From Candidatus Latescibacterota bacterium (GTDB lineage: Bacteria; Latescibacterota; UBA2968): a stretch of 64,000 nt of DNA. Positions within the stretch are counted from its first letter, which is position 1; the number at the start of each line of letters is the position of its first letter. A program made the translations under genes and the position numbers. The stretch spans positions 4,160,001 through 4,224,000 of the forward strand of contig OZ220741.1 in NCBI GenBank assembly GCA_965116885.1, given 5' to 3'. Shown piece after piece: positions 35,754 through 45,168 of the stretch. The notes beneath the pieces were generated by a model. The model had not been told where the DNA came from, searched no databases, and saw only the letters and a program-made list of their open reading frames with translations.

Positions 35754-38423
35754 TTAAAATTTGAAATCGTAATTGACTTTTGCGTATAGAAATGTGCCGC
35801 CAAAGCCATAGGGGCTATACTCGCCAAATGGCCTGCCAACAATGGGGCCCGGGTTGACGCCTTCTTCGATATTATCAGGCTCGACATCGAGAATATTTTG
35901 AATACCAGCGGTTATGGTCGCTCCGTTGCGAAGAGAAAGGCTGGACTCGAGGTCGATCAAAAATGCGTCTCCAAAGACTTGATGGCCCACACTCCACTCA
36001 TCCCAGGAACCGTAATAATTGACGCGCCCCAATGCACTCCAATAAGGCGTTATGGATTTTGACAGAGTCAAGTTTCCGCGGTGTCTGGGAAGGCCTTTCT
36101 CCAATAGCGTGATGCGTTGTTCGTCGAGAAGGGCCGGGTCGTGTTTGGTCACTTCGGTGTTGGTGTAGTTATACGCGACACTCAGTTCGCCATGACACCA
36201 CACCGGGGCCGTAAGAACAAAGTCAATCCCCTGGGTTTTTGTTTCAAAGTCATTGGTAAAGAACGCGAATTCTTGCAGGTTTCTCGCATTGATGCCCGTG
36301 GCCTCCAACTGGTCAATTTGTTGAGACGTAAGTGCTTTGTCGCTGGAGGTCGTCATGCGATCTTTCACTGAAATATTGAAATAGTCTATCGTTACATTGA
36401 GCGGAGCGATATTGGTATCGACGGGATAAACGTGCTTCGTAAAAATAAAGCCCGCCGAGATATTGATCGACTTTTCTGGCTTAAGCCCCTCGCCACCTAC
36501 CAATGCCGCTGCGGGATGGATAGAGGGAATTGTGCCTCTATTGACCAGGATAAAATTGCCGTCGTCATCTTCTCCAAACTCAGTCGTGACATTAAAGGCA
36601 TTTTGCTGGCCGGGCGTGGGTGCTCTGAAGCCCGTGCTGAAACTGCCGCGCACGTTCACGTTCTCGTTAAGCCCGTAATTGGTCGCCACTTTGAAGTTGG
36701 TCGTGGATCCAAAATCCTCGAAGTTTTCAAAGCGCAGGGCAGCGCCGAGCAACCAGTTTTCCTGTGGACTAAATTCGGCATCTCCATAAATCGCCCAGTT
36801 GGAGCGGCTCCAACTTCCGGATGCAATATCGCCGAAACCGGGGAAGCCGTTGGAAGCCGAGCTAAATCCCTGACTCGCCAGAGGGCCTATTTCAAAAGAC
36901 TCGCGCTGACCGGGCACAACTTCAAAGTTTTCAATGCGGTATTCGAGGCCGGATGCGAAGAAAAATTGCTCACTAAACGGATAGGTTATATCAAAGTTGA
37001 AATTGGTATCTGTCTGGATATAATCGCCGGGATTAAATTCCGTCGGCGTGTTGGGGCCCAAAGAGGCATTGACGGTGTTGAAGATGAAGAAATCGGAGTG
37101 GTGACGCCCATAAGATGCGCTGAGGTCCCAGGTCAGCAGCGATTGCGTCGAGCCCTTGATACCCGCCAGAAAGGCGCGGTCTTCTGTATCCGCGCCAAAT
37201 CGGGGGGTGAACCCGCCGGGAAAGAGTTCCTGGAATGTGAACAAATTGGGATCGTCAAAAACCTGTCTTAAGGCGGCTGCATCTGGCTCCGAACAGCTTA
37301 TGGGCACCACGGGGACATCGCCGCCGCTCATGTTGCCGACGAGCAATGTCGCGACCAGGTTGCCGTTTACCCCATCGACAATACCCAGTTTCTCTGCCTC
37401 GGCCTGTGTATAATAGTTGGTACCGTCCCACATCAATACGGGTCCCTGATATACGGCACCGCGCGTATTGGGATTGCGGAAGTAAAACCCGCCTTCGACC
37501 TGTTTGCTCGCATAGTTACCGTGCCCGTAGAACTCGATATTGTCGTTAATAGTGGCACCGTAGTTGGCAAAAATTTTCAGGTCGTCTCGAACAAAGGGTT
37601 GCCCCCAGGGTTGTGCGGGATCATTCACATCAGTATTGCCCACGCGTATCAGACGCGCGGCATCGTCGCGTTGCACCGAACGGTCGGTCTCATCCGCATT
37701 GCCGTATTCCACACTGAGGTTAATCCATGTATCGGGTGTACCCAGACCGATATTGCCAGCCAAGGCGTAAGTGCCTCCGTCCCCTTGCCGAAAAATACCG
37801 GGTTTGACTTCAATAGAGCCGCCTGAGTAATTGTCTTTGAGTTCAAAATTCAACACGCCAGCAATGGCATCGGAACCGTATTGCGCCGATGCGCCGTCGC
37901 GCAGGACTTCCACGCGTTTGAGGGCAATACTCGGGATAGCGGATATGTCGGGACCTTGCGCGGCATTGGAGAGACCATTGCCCAGCCAGTAAATCACGGA
38001 GGCGCGGTGGCGGCGCTTGCCGTTGACGAGTACCAGCGCGTGGTCGGGTGCCAGCCCTCGCAGATTGGGGGGGCGAACAACAGTTGCCGCATCGCTGATC
38101 GGCTGGAGGTTGACGTTATAAGAGGGCACAACATTTCTCAGCAAGTCCTGAACATCGCTACCGCCTTGCTTAACGAAATCTTCGCCGGTAACCACATCAA
38201 TGGGCACCGCGGATTCGGTGACAGAACGCGGTTGTGCGCGGGTACCGATGACCACCAATTCTTCGAGTACGACCACTTCTTCGAGTATGTCTGTGAGTGG
38301 GGGCAAGGCAGTTGTATCCGCACTCTCGGTACGCGGCGTTTCTTGTGATACGGCAACGCCACTCATCGCAAGCAAGACAATGAGGCCAAGAGCGAGAGAC
38401 TTGAAATGGGATTTGTGTTCCAT
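35754..38423 (-). CDS. TonB-dependent receptor (paralog 2)
   Basis: Signal peptide, EELVVIG TonB-box-like segment, plug motifs LRGL/VLVNGKR/RVEVLRDGASAQYGSDAIAGVLN, terminal Phe. Confidence 0.95.
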   Translation of the reverse strand: MEHKSHFKSLALGLIVLLAMSGVAVSQETPRTESADTTALPPLTDILEEVVVLEELVVIGTRAQPRSVTESAVPIDVVTGEDFVKQGGSDVQDLLRNVVPSYNVNLQPISDAATVVRPPNLRGLAPDHALVLVNGKRRHRASVIYWLGNGLSNAAQGPDISAIPSIALKRVEVLRDGASAQYGSDAIAGVLNFELKDNYSGGSIEVKPGIFRQGDGGTYALAGNIGLGTPDTWINLSVEYGNADETDRSVQRDDAARLIRVGNTDVNDPAQPWGQPFVRDDLKIFANYGATINDNIEFYGHGNYASKQVEGGFYFRNPNTRGAVYQGPVLMWDGTNYYTQAEAEKLGIVDGVNGNLVATLLVGNMSGGDVPVVPISCSEPDAAALRQVFDDPNLFTFQELFPGGFTPRFGADTEDRAFLAGIKGSTQSLLTWDLSASYGRHHSDFFIFNTVNASLGPNTPTEFNPGDYIQTDTNFNFDITYPFSEQFFFASGLEYRIENFEVVPGQRESFEIGPLASQGFSSASNGFPGFGDIASGSWSRSNWAIYGDAEFSPQENWLLGAALRFENFEDFGSTTNFKVATNYGLNENVNVRGSFSTGFRAPTPGQQNAFNVTTEFGEDDDGNFILVNRGTIPSIHPAAALVGGEGLKPEKSINISAGFIFTKHVYPVDTNIAPLNVTIDYFNISVKDRMTTSSDKALTSQQIDQLEATGINARNLQEFAFFTNDFETKTQGIDFVLTAPVWCHGELSVAYNYTNTEVTKHDPALLDEQRITLLEKGLPRHRGNLTLSKSITPYWSALGRVNYYGSWDEWSVGHQVFGDAFLIDLESSLSLRNGATITAGIQNILDVEPDNIEEGVNPGPIVGRPFGEYSPYGFGGTFLYAKVNYDFKF

Positions 38424-38723
38424 AAAAAACTCCTTTGTGTTATGAACACGGGGGAGATATGTGGTTGTTGGAAGACGTATGTGGCTGCCAATTGAATCCT
38501 CGTTTAATCCAAAATATAAAACGAAAAAAAAAAGCCAAATTAAATTTGATCTGGCTCATATCTTATTTTTCAATAATATGGCATATCGTCTTTAGTCGAT
38601 ATATCGCCCGCATTTTACAGAAATATTATTCCATATTTTGTTTAATTTCAAATATTTATGTTAATTATACAGGCTATATGACGATATATACACCTCGTTA
38701 AATACTACTCGCATTGATAATTT

Positions 38724-38764
38724 AAAAAAAGAAGCCGCGTTTTTTGTAACGCGGCTTCTTTTTG
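38724..38764 (-). terminator. Terminator after paralog 1
   Basis: A7-GAAGCCGCGTT...AACGCGGCTTC-T6. Confidence 0.8.
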
Positions 38765-38793
38765 ATTGGGTGAACAATCCTTTGGACAACGAC

Positions 38794-41523
38794 CTAAAAG
38801 CTGAAGTGGTATTTGGCATACCAGAATGCGCCGCTAAAACCAAATGGGCTGTACTGGCTGTACAAATGGCCCGAACCGCTCGTTGCACTGGGATTGATGT
38901 CGGGATAGATATCGAGGATGTTCTGACCGCCAACGGTTACCGTTGAGTGCTCGGCAACGGTATAACTAACTTCGGCGTCCAGTACCCATTCGTCGCCATA
39001 AACGAAGTCATCTTCTTGATCGTACCAGGAACTGTAATACCGGAGGCGTCCCAGTACCTCAAGCATATCGTTCAACGGTTTGACTACCGTCAGATTCCCG
39101 CGGTGTTTGGGAAGACCCTCTTGCAATTCTCGAATCCTTTGAGCGCCCAGGGTCTCCAGATTGTGTTCGGTCACTTCGGTATTCGTCAAGTTATACGCCA
39201 GACTCAGCAGGCCATCACACCACACCGGAGCCGTGAGCACGACGTCAATACCCTGGGTTTTGGTGTCAAAGTCATTGACGAAAAATTTGAAATTTGTAAT
39301 AAAATTCGCAGCCGTGATACCCGCCTGGAGCAGTTCATCAACCTCCGCTGGGGTCAGGGAGAAATTCTGCGAGAGCGTCAAGCGTCCCTTCACTAAAATG
39401 TGGAAATAGTCCACCGTTATATTGACAGGAGGGATACCGGTATCCACGGGAAAAACGGGAATTTCAAAAACAATACCAGCCGAGATATTGGTCGATTTTT
39501 CGGAATCAAGTGCCTCACCACCCTTGGATTCTGCAACGGGATTGTTTGACGGAATTGTGCCGTCATTTGTCAAATCACCGATTGTGGGATCGAAGATCGT
39601 GGATACGTTAAAGGCATTTTGTTGCCCCGGCGTGGGTGCTCTAAAGCCCGTGCTAAAACTGCCGCGCACTTTTGTATTCTCGTTAAGCCCGTAATTGGTC
39701 GCCAGCTTGAAGTTCGTCGTGGATCCAAAATCATCAAAATTTTCAAAGCGCAATGCCGCGCCGAGCAACCAGTCTTCCTGCGGGGTAAATTCGGCGTCAC
39801 CATAAACCGCCCAGTTGGAGCGGCTCCAGGTACCTGCGGCAATTTCGCCAAAGCCCGAGAACCCGTTGGACGCAACCGTAAATCCATACTCTGCCAGCGG
39901 ACCTTTAACCCAGGATTCTCGTTGTCCCTGAACGATTTCAAAATTTTCCGTGCGGTATTCAAGGCCGGCGGCAAAGAAAAATTGCTCGCTAAACGGATAG
40001 GTGATATCGAAGTTGAAGTTGGTATCGGTCTGGATATAGGTTCCAGGATCAAAATACGGTGCATCTTCGTGACTGGGATCAACTTGTGGTCCATTGGGCC
40101 AGGGTTGATCGGGTCCCAAGGAGGAATTCACGGTATTGAAGATGAAGTAATCGGCTTCGTTGCGCCCATAAGACGCGCTGAGATCCCATGTCATCAGCCC
40201 TTGCGATCCCCTAATACCCGCCAGAAAGGCGCGGTCGTCCATAAACGCGCCAAATCGGGGCGTGAAGCCACCGGGAAAGAGTTCCTGGAATGTAAACCAA
40301 TCGGGATCGTCAAAAACGCGTTGTAAGGCTGCGGCATCCGGCTCACTGCAGCTAATGGCCACGATGAACTCCTGGGGAATTCTAAGACCAGTATCTTCGG
40401 ACGGTTCGAGAACCTGTCTCAGATTGCCGGTGAGCAATGTTGCTACCAGATGCCCGTTTACGCCATCGACAATACCGAGTTCAGCAGCTTTGCCCGGATC
40501 ATAATAAGTGGTGCCGTCGGACATCACTACAGGCCCCCTGAATACGCCACCTCGCGTATTGGGATTGCGGAAGTAGAAACCGCCTTCGACTTCTTTGCTG
40601 GCGTAATTCCCATGGCCGTATAATTTGACATTGTCGTTGATGTTTATGCCGTAGTTGACAAAGAATTTCAGGTCGTCTCTGATGTAGGGTTGTCCCCAAA
40701 TTTGTGCGGGATTTTCCACATAATTATTGCCCACGCGTATCAAACGCGCGGCATCGTCGCGTTGTACGGAACGGTCGGTTTCATCCTCGTTGCCATACTC
40801 TACGCTGAAGTTGGCCCAGGCATCTGGCGTACCCAGACCGATATTGCCGGCAAAAGCATAACCGAAACCATCGCCTTGCTGAAAAATACCTGGCTTGACC
40901 TCAAAAGAACCGCCTTTATAATTGTCTTTAAGCTCGAAATTCAGCACCCCGGCAATGGCGTCAGAACCGTACTGTGCAGATGCACCATCGCGCAGAACTT
41001 CCACGCGCTTGATGGCAATAGAGGGGATGGGAGCTATATCTGGCCCCTGGGCGCCGTCGGCGACACCATTGGTTATCCAGTGAATAACAGCGGCGCGATG
41101 GCGGCGTTTGCCATTGATGAGGACCAGCGTATGGTCGGGTGCCAACCCACGCATACTGGGCGGTCGCACGACAGTTGAGGCATCGCTAATCGGGTTTGTA
41201 TTCACATTGTAAGAAGGCACCATATCTCTCAGGAGATTTTGTACATCCGTATCGCCTTGCTTGACAAAATCTTCGCCGGTAACAACATCGATGGGCACGG
41301 CGGACTCGGCGACAGAACGCGGTTGTGCGCGTGAACCGATAACCACCAATTCTTCGAGTATGACCACTTCTTCAAGTATATCAGTAAGTGGGGGTAAGGT
41401 AGCTGTTGTGTCCGCGCTTTCGGTACGCGGCTTTTCCTCTTCCTGTGATATGGCAATCCCGCTCATTGCGAGCAGAACAGCAATGCCAAGGACGAGGGAC
41501 TTAAAGTGCGTCTTAGATTTCAT
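38794..41523 (-). CDS. TonB-dependent receptor (paralog 1)
   Basis: Same plug and barrel motifs; terminal YHFSF. Confidence 0.95.
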   Translation of the reverse strand: MKSKTHFKSLVLGIAVLLAMSGIAISQEEEKPRTESADTTATLPPLTDILEEVVILEELVVIGSRAQPRSVAESAVPIDVVTGEDFVKQGDTDVQNLLRDMVPSYNVNTNPISDASTVVRPPSMRGLAPDHTLVLINGKRRHRAAVIHWITNGVADGAQGPDIAPIPSIAIKRVEVLRDGASAQYGSDAIAGVLNFELKDNYKGGSFEVKPGIFQQGDGFGYAFAGNIGLGTPDAWANFSVEYGNEDETDRSVQRDDAARLIRVGNNYVENPAQIWGQPYIRDDLKFFVNYGININDNVKLYGHGNYASKEVEGGFYFRNPNTRGGVFRGPVVMSDGTTYYDPGKAAELGIVDGVNGHLVATLLTGNLRQVLEPSEDTGLRIPQEFIVAISCSEPDAAALQRVFDDPDWFTFQELFPGGFTPRFGAFMDDRAFLAGIRGSQGLMTWDLSASYGRNEADYFIFNTVNSSLGPDQPWPNGPQVDPSHEDAPYFDPGTYIQTDTNFNFDITYPFSEQFFFAAGLEYRTENFEIVQGQRESWVKGPLAEYGFTVASNGFSGFGEIAAGTWSRSNWAVYGDAEFTPQEDWLLGAALRFENFDDFGSTTNFKLATNYGLNENTKVRGSFSTGFRAPTPGQQNAFNVSTIFDPTIGDLTNDGTIPSNNPVAESKGGEALDSEKSTNISAGIVFEIPVFPVDTGIPPVNITVDYFHILVKGRLTLSQNFSLTPAEVDELLQAGITAANFITNFKFFVNDFDTKTQGIDVVLTAPVWCDGLLSLAYNLTNTEVTEHNLETLGAQRIRELQEGLPKHRGNLTVVKPLNDMLEVLGRLRYYSSWYDQEDDFVYGDEWVLDAEVSYTVAEHSTVTVGGQNILDIYPDINPSATSGSGHLYSQYSPFGFSGAFWYAKYHFSF

Positions 41524-41772
41524 AAAAAAACTCCTTTGAGAAAATGGAGGAGAAATATGATGTCAGGAACATGAGGGAGAAACGAGGATTTACATTCCAA
41601 GCGGTCCGATTATAAAATAACTTTATATATATCAGGCGTCAACACCTAATTGCTTAGACAAATGTAAAAGTATGTATATGCCAATTTGCAATTAAGGGCT
41701 TATTTATATATATTTTTCCCTTTCATGTGTGAGATGAAAGACCCGCCAGATTTAATTGAGGGAGGTTGCGTT

Positions 41773-41934
41773 TTGAAGTCCAGTTATGTAAATAAAGACC
41801 TTGAGGAAACCAGACGCCTACTTACGCGGGTGAGGCAAGGTGGCAAGCGGGGCAAAAAGGCGCGTAAGAAATTGGAAGCAAAAGGCATCAGATATTATAC
41901 ATCTGAAGAAGCCGAGAGTCTCGGTATTGAGTAA
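41773..41934 (+). CDS. Small basic hypothetical protein (53 aa)
   Basis: GAGGGAGG RBS upstream of TTG; Lys/Arg-rich; followed by a hairpin. Confidence 0.45.
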   Translation: MKSSYVNKDLEETRRLLTRVRQGGKRGKKARKKLEAKGIRYYTSEEAESLGIE

Positions 41935-41967
41935 AAAGAAAGGCGTGTAAAAGCGGCCTTTTTTGTT

Positions 41968-42573
41968 ATGAATGACTCTGGAATCATCCTTATAGGCGGC
42001 GAAAGCAGGCGAATGGGCAAACCCAAGTATAGCTTGCCCTTTGGCGATGAAACTCTGCTTCAGCGAAGTGTCAGAAATCTGAGAGGAACTGTTTGCCCAA
42101 TTGTAATTGTGGGCGCGCCCGGCCAGGATTTACCCGCCATACCCCATGTTTTGTCTATATGTGATCCCGTTGCCGGGCAAGGTCCGTTAATGGGACTGAT
42201 GACAGGGTTAAAGCATGTCGAAGACATTTCTAAATGGGCGCTGGGGACGGGTTGCGACATGCCATTTATCAGTACCGAATTGGTCCAATGCCTCAAATCG
42301 CACAGGACAACAGAGGCGGAGATCGTCATGCCTCGCATAGATGATCAGTTTTACCCTTTGTGCGCGCTATATCGAACTGCTCTCTGGCGAAAGGCCAAAT
42401 TGCTACTCGAAAAAGGGGAACGGAGGCTTTTGGCATTGGTCAATGTCTGCCGCGTTCAGATTGTTGAACAAGAGGCACTCATACAGGTTGATCCCGACCT
42501 TCGTTTTTTAATAAATACCAATACGCCTCAATGGTATCAGCGTGCCCTTGAGTTGGCTGGCTTGCAGCGATGA
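41968..42573 (+). CDS. mobA: Molybdenum cofactor guanylyltransferase
   Basis: GGESRRMGKPK, GPLMG, CDMPF, PLCALY, NTNTP. Confidence 0.88.
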   Translation: MNDSGIILIGGESRRMGKPKYSLPFGDETLLQRSVRNLRGTVCPIVIVGAPGQDLPAIPHVLSICDPVAGQGPLMGLMTGLKHVEDISKWALGTGCDMPFISTELVQCLKSHRTTEAEIVMPRIDDQFYPLCALYRTALWRKAKLLLEKGERRLLALVNVCRVQIVEQEALIQVDPDLRFLINTNTPQWYQRALELAGLQR

Positions 42574-42674
42574 GGTTGGGCAGACGAGAAGGACAGTTAT
42601 CCACTGTTGACGATATTCTTTTTTCTCATATATTGCCACGTATCCATTTAACTTATCACCAAGGAGTTATCACG

Positions 42675-42977
42675 ATGGCTATTGAAGACAAAACCCTGCT
42701 GACCGAAGATCAGATTCGCGCAGAGGCTGCCAATCTCGAAGGATGGGAATATTTGGAAGACACAAAAGAATTGCAGCGCGTTTGGCATTTTGAAAAATTT
42801 GTGCCAACTATGGCTTTTGTACGCAGGCTGACAGAGATTATGGATGAAAATAATCACCATTCGGATATCAGCCTCAACAGCCGCACAAAAACACTTACAG
42901 TCACGGTGACGACCCATAGTGAAAATGCCGTCACCCGTGCAGATATCGATTTTGCAGGAGCAGTAAATAGAGGATAG
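42675..42977 (+). CDS. Pterin-4a-carbinolamine dehydratase
   Basis: NHHSDI, TTHS, VTRADIDFA; start reassigned after AAGGAG. Confidence 0.85.
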   Translation: MAIEDKTLLTEDQIRAEAANLEGWEYLEDTKELQRVWHFEKFVPTMAFVRRLTEIMDENNHHSDISLNSRTKTLTVTVTTHSENAVTRADIDFAGAVNRG

Positions 42978-42995
42978 AAAAGCATTGGAGATGGA

Positions 42996-44348
42996 ATGAA
43001 GGTAAATGTCAATATTCAGCCTGGCGACCTGAAAGTCAGGCTGAATCGTTTTTTTGAACTGGCCGCACAGAAAATTCGGAGTATCGATTCGACGTGGGAC
43101 CCCGGTCGGGGAACACCGGTATTTACAGAAGGTGGAAAATACACCACGCGCGGATGGACCGAATGGACGCAGGGATTTCAATTTGGATGCGCCATTCTGG
43201 GATATGAAATTACGGACGAGGAAGATTTATTGCGGATTGGGCGCAAGGGCACGGTCGAGCGCATGGCGTCTCATGTGACGCATATTGGCGTACATGATCA
43301 CGGGTTTAACAATGTATCGACCTATGGCAATTTGAGACGGTTGATGCGAGAAGGTATAATTCCGGAAAATGAATGGGAGCAGCACTTTTACGAACTGGCA
43401 CTCAAAGCATCTGGCGCTGTGCAGGCTGCTCGCTGGACGACCATTGGTGATGGGAAAGGGTATATTCATTCGTTTAACGGACCGCATTCCCTGTTTTCAG
43501 ATACCATCAGGTCGTGTCGCGCACTGGCTGTAGCACACGACCTCGGTCACGTTTTAATGGGTGAGAATGACCTCGCAATTTCGCTGCTCGAGCGCCTGGT
43601 TCACCACGCCGAGACAACCGCGCAGTTCAATGTGTATTACGGCGAGGGGCGCGATCGATACGATGTGCGGGGACGGGTTGTACACGAGTCCATTTTTAAT
43701 GTCACCGACGGCAATTACCGCTGCCCGAGTACGCAGCAGGGGTATTCACCGTTTTCGACCTGGACCCGGGGATTGGCCTGGATTGTGACTGGCTATGCCG
43801 AATTGCTCGAATATATGGCGCACCTATCAGATGACGCACTCGATCTTTATGGCGGTAGGGATGCGATCAATGGCTGGATGCTCAAAGCCGCCTGTGCAAC
43901 GGCAGATTATTATATCGATAGTATCACTTCTGCCGATGGCATTCCATTTTGGGATGCAGGCGCGCCGGGCTTGATTGAGGGTTATAGCGATAAAATATCG
44001 GATCCTTATAATACAAGCGAGCCAATGGATAGTTCTGCTGCTGCCATTGCCGCGCAAGGGCTTTACCGTTTGGGCAAATATCTGGACGACGCGCGTTATC
44101 GGCAGGCTGCATTAACCGTGGCTCATACGTTATTTGATGCGCCCTATTTGTCCGCGGATGAAAAACACCAGGGTCTTATTCTCCATTCTATTTATCACAA
44201 TCCCAATGGGTGGGACTATGTGCCCAGTGGGCAAAAAGTAGCATGCGGCGAGTCTTCTATGTGGGGAGATTATCACGCGATGGAATTGGCGGTTTTACTC
44301 CAGCGAGAGATGGATAACGCGCCATATTTGACATTTTTTGATCATTAG
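42996..44348 (+). CDS. Glycoside hydrolase family 88-like protein
   Basis: EWTQGF, HDHGF, QGYS..STWTRGLAW, DSSAAAIAA, WGDY. Confidence 0.85.
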   Translation: MKVNVNIQPGDLKVRLNRFFELAAQKIRSIDSTWDPGRGTPVFTEGGKYTTRGWTEWTQGFQFGCAILGYEITDEEDLLRIGRKGTVERMASHVTHIGVHDHGFNNVSTYGNLRRLMREGIIPENEWEQHFYELALKASGAVQAARWTTIGDGKGYIHSFNGPHSLFSDTIRSCRALAVAHDLGHVLMGENDLAISLLERLVHHAETTAQFNVYYGEGRDRYDVRGRVVHESIFNVTDGNYRCPSTQQGYSPFSTWTRGLAWIVTGYAELLEYMAHLSDDALDLYGGRDAINGWMLKAACATADYYIDSITSADGIPFWDAGAPGLIEGYSDKISDPYNTSEPMDSSAAAIAAQGLYRLGKYLDDARYRQAALTVAHTLFDAPYLSADEKHQGLILHSIYHNPNGWDYVPSGQKVACGESSMWGDYHAMELAVLLQREMDNAPYLTFFDH

Positions 44349-44361
44349 GAGTGGGCGGAGA

Positions 44362-45168
44362 ATGTGGCAAAGAGGAAATAAAAGGACTTCAGCATATGCC
44401 TTGATAATCGGCCTCTTATTCGCTGGATTCGCGTCTCAAAGTGGCGCCGAGACATTTGATTATGCACCGCTCAACCGCGTGCTCGGGCGGGTTGTAAATG
44501 CAAAGGGGGGCGTGGATTACGAGGCTGTAAAAACAGACGCGGATTTGCAGACTTTTGTAGATCAACTCGCTCAGATCAGTCCCGATACACATCCCGCGCT
44601 TTTCCCCAGCCGCGCAGACAGCCTTGCCTTTTGGATCAATGCGTACAACGCCTGTGTACTTGCAGGGGTCTCAATAGCCTATCCCGTTTCTTCTGTCACA
44701 GAAATCGCGCCTGCTTTTGGCTTTTTTAAGATATACCGATTTGTCGTTGGCGAGCGTCAGCTCACATTGGACCAAATCGAGCACGAGATTATTCGCAAGC
44801 AGTTTTCCGATCCGCGCATTCACGCTGCAATCAATTGCGCGGCAGTGAGTTGTCCGCGTCTTCTAAATAAAGTATTTACGCCCGATGAATTGGATGACCA
44901 ACTCAATGCGGTTATGCGAGACATGATTCGCAACCCAATGCACGTTCAGATCAACCGAGAGACGAGGGTTGTGAGTCTATCTGCAATTTTTGATTGGTTT
45001 TCCTCTGATTTTACGTCTTATGTGCAAGCGCATGAGGCAGGCGAGACTGTGTTGGATTATGTCTCTCTTTTTTTATCGCAAAACGACATCCTGTATTTGC
45101 AAAATCACCCCGATCTTCAAATTGTGTTTTTAGATTACGATTGGTCTCTGAATAATCAGCAAAAATGA
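44362..45168 (+). CDS. DUF547-domain exported protein
   Basis: VDY, LAFWINAYNA, LDQIEH, DPRIHAAINCAAVSCP, IFDWF, YDWSLN. Confidence 0.9.
   Translation: MWQRGNKRTSAYALIIGLLFAGFASQSGAETFDYAPLNRVLGRVVNAKGGVDYEAVKTDADLQTFVDQLAQISPDTHPALFPSRADSLAFWINAYNACVLAGVSIAYPVSSVTEIAPAFGFFKIYRFVVGERQLTLDQIEHEIIRKQFSDPRIHAAINCAAVSCPRLLNKVFTPDELDDQLNAVMRDMIRNPMHVQINRETRVVSLSAIFDWFSSDFTSYVQAHEAGETVLDYVSLFLSQNDILYLQNHPDLQIVFLDYDWSLNNQQK

Noticed and set aside
38424..38793. Cobalamin or other riboswitch upstream of the TonB receptors (also 41524-41690)
   Set aside because: The regions are AT-rich with no recognisable conserved riboswitch boxes; an Rfam scan would be decisive.
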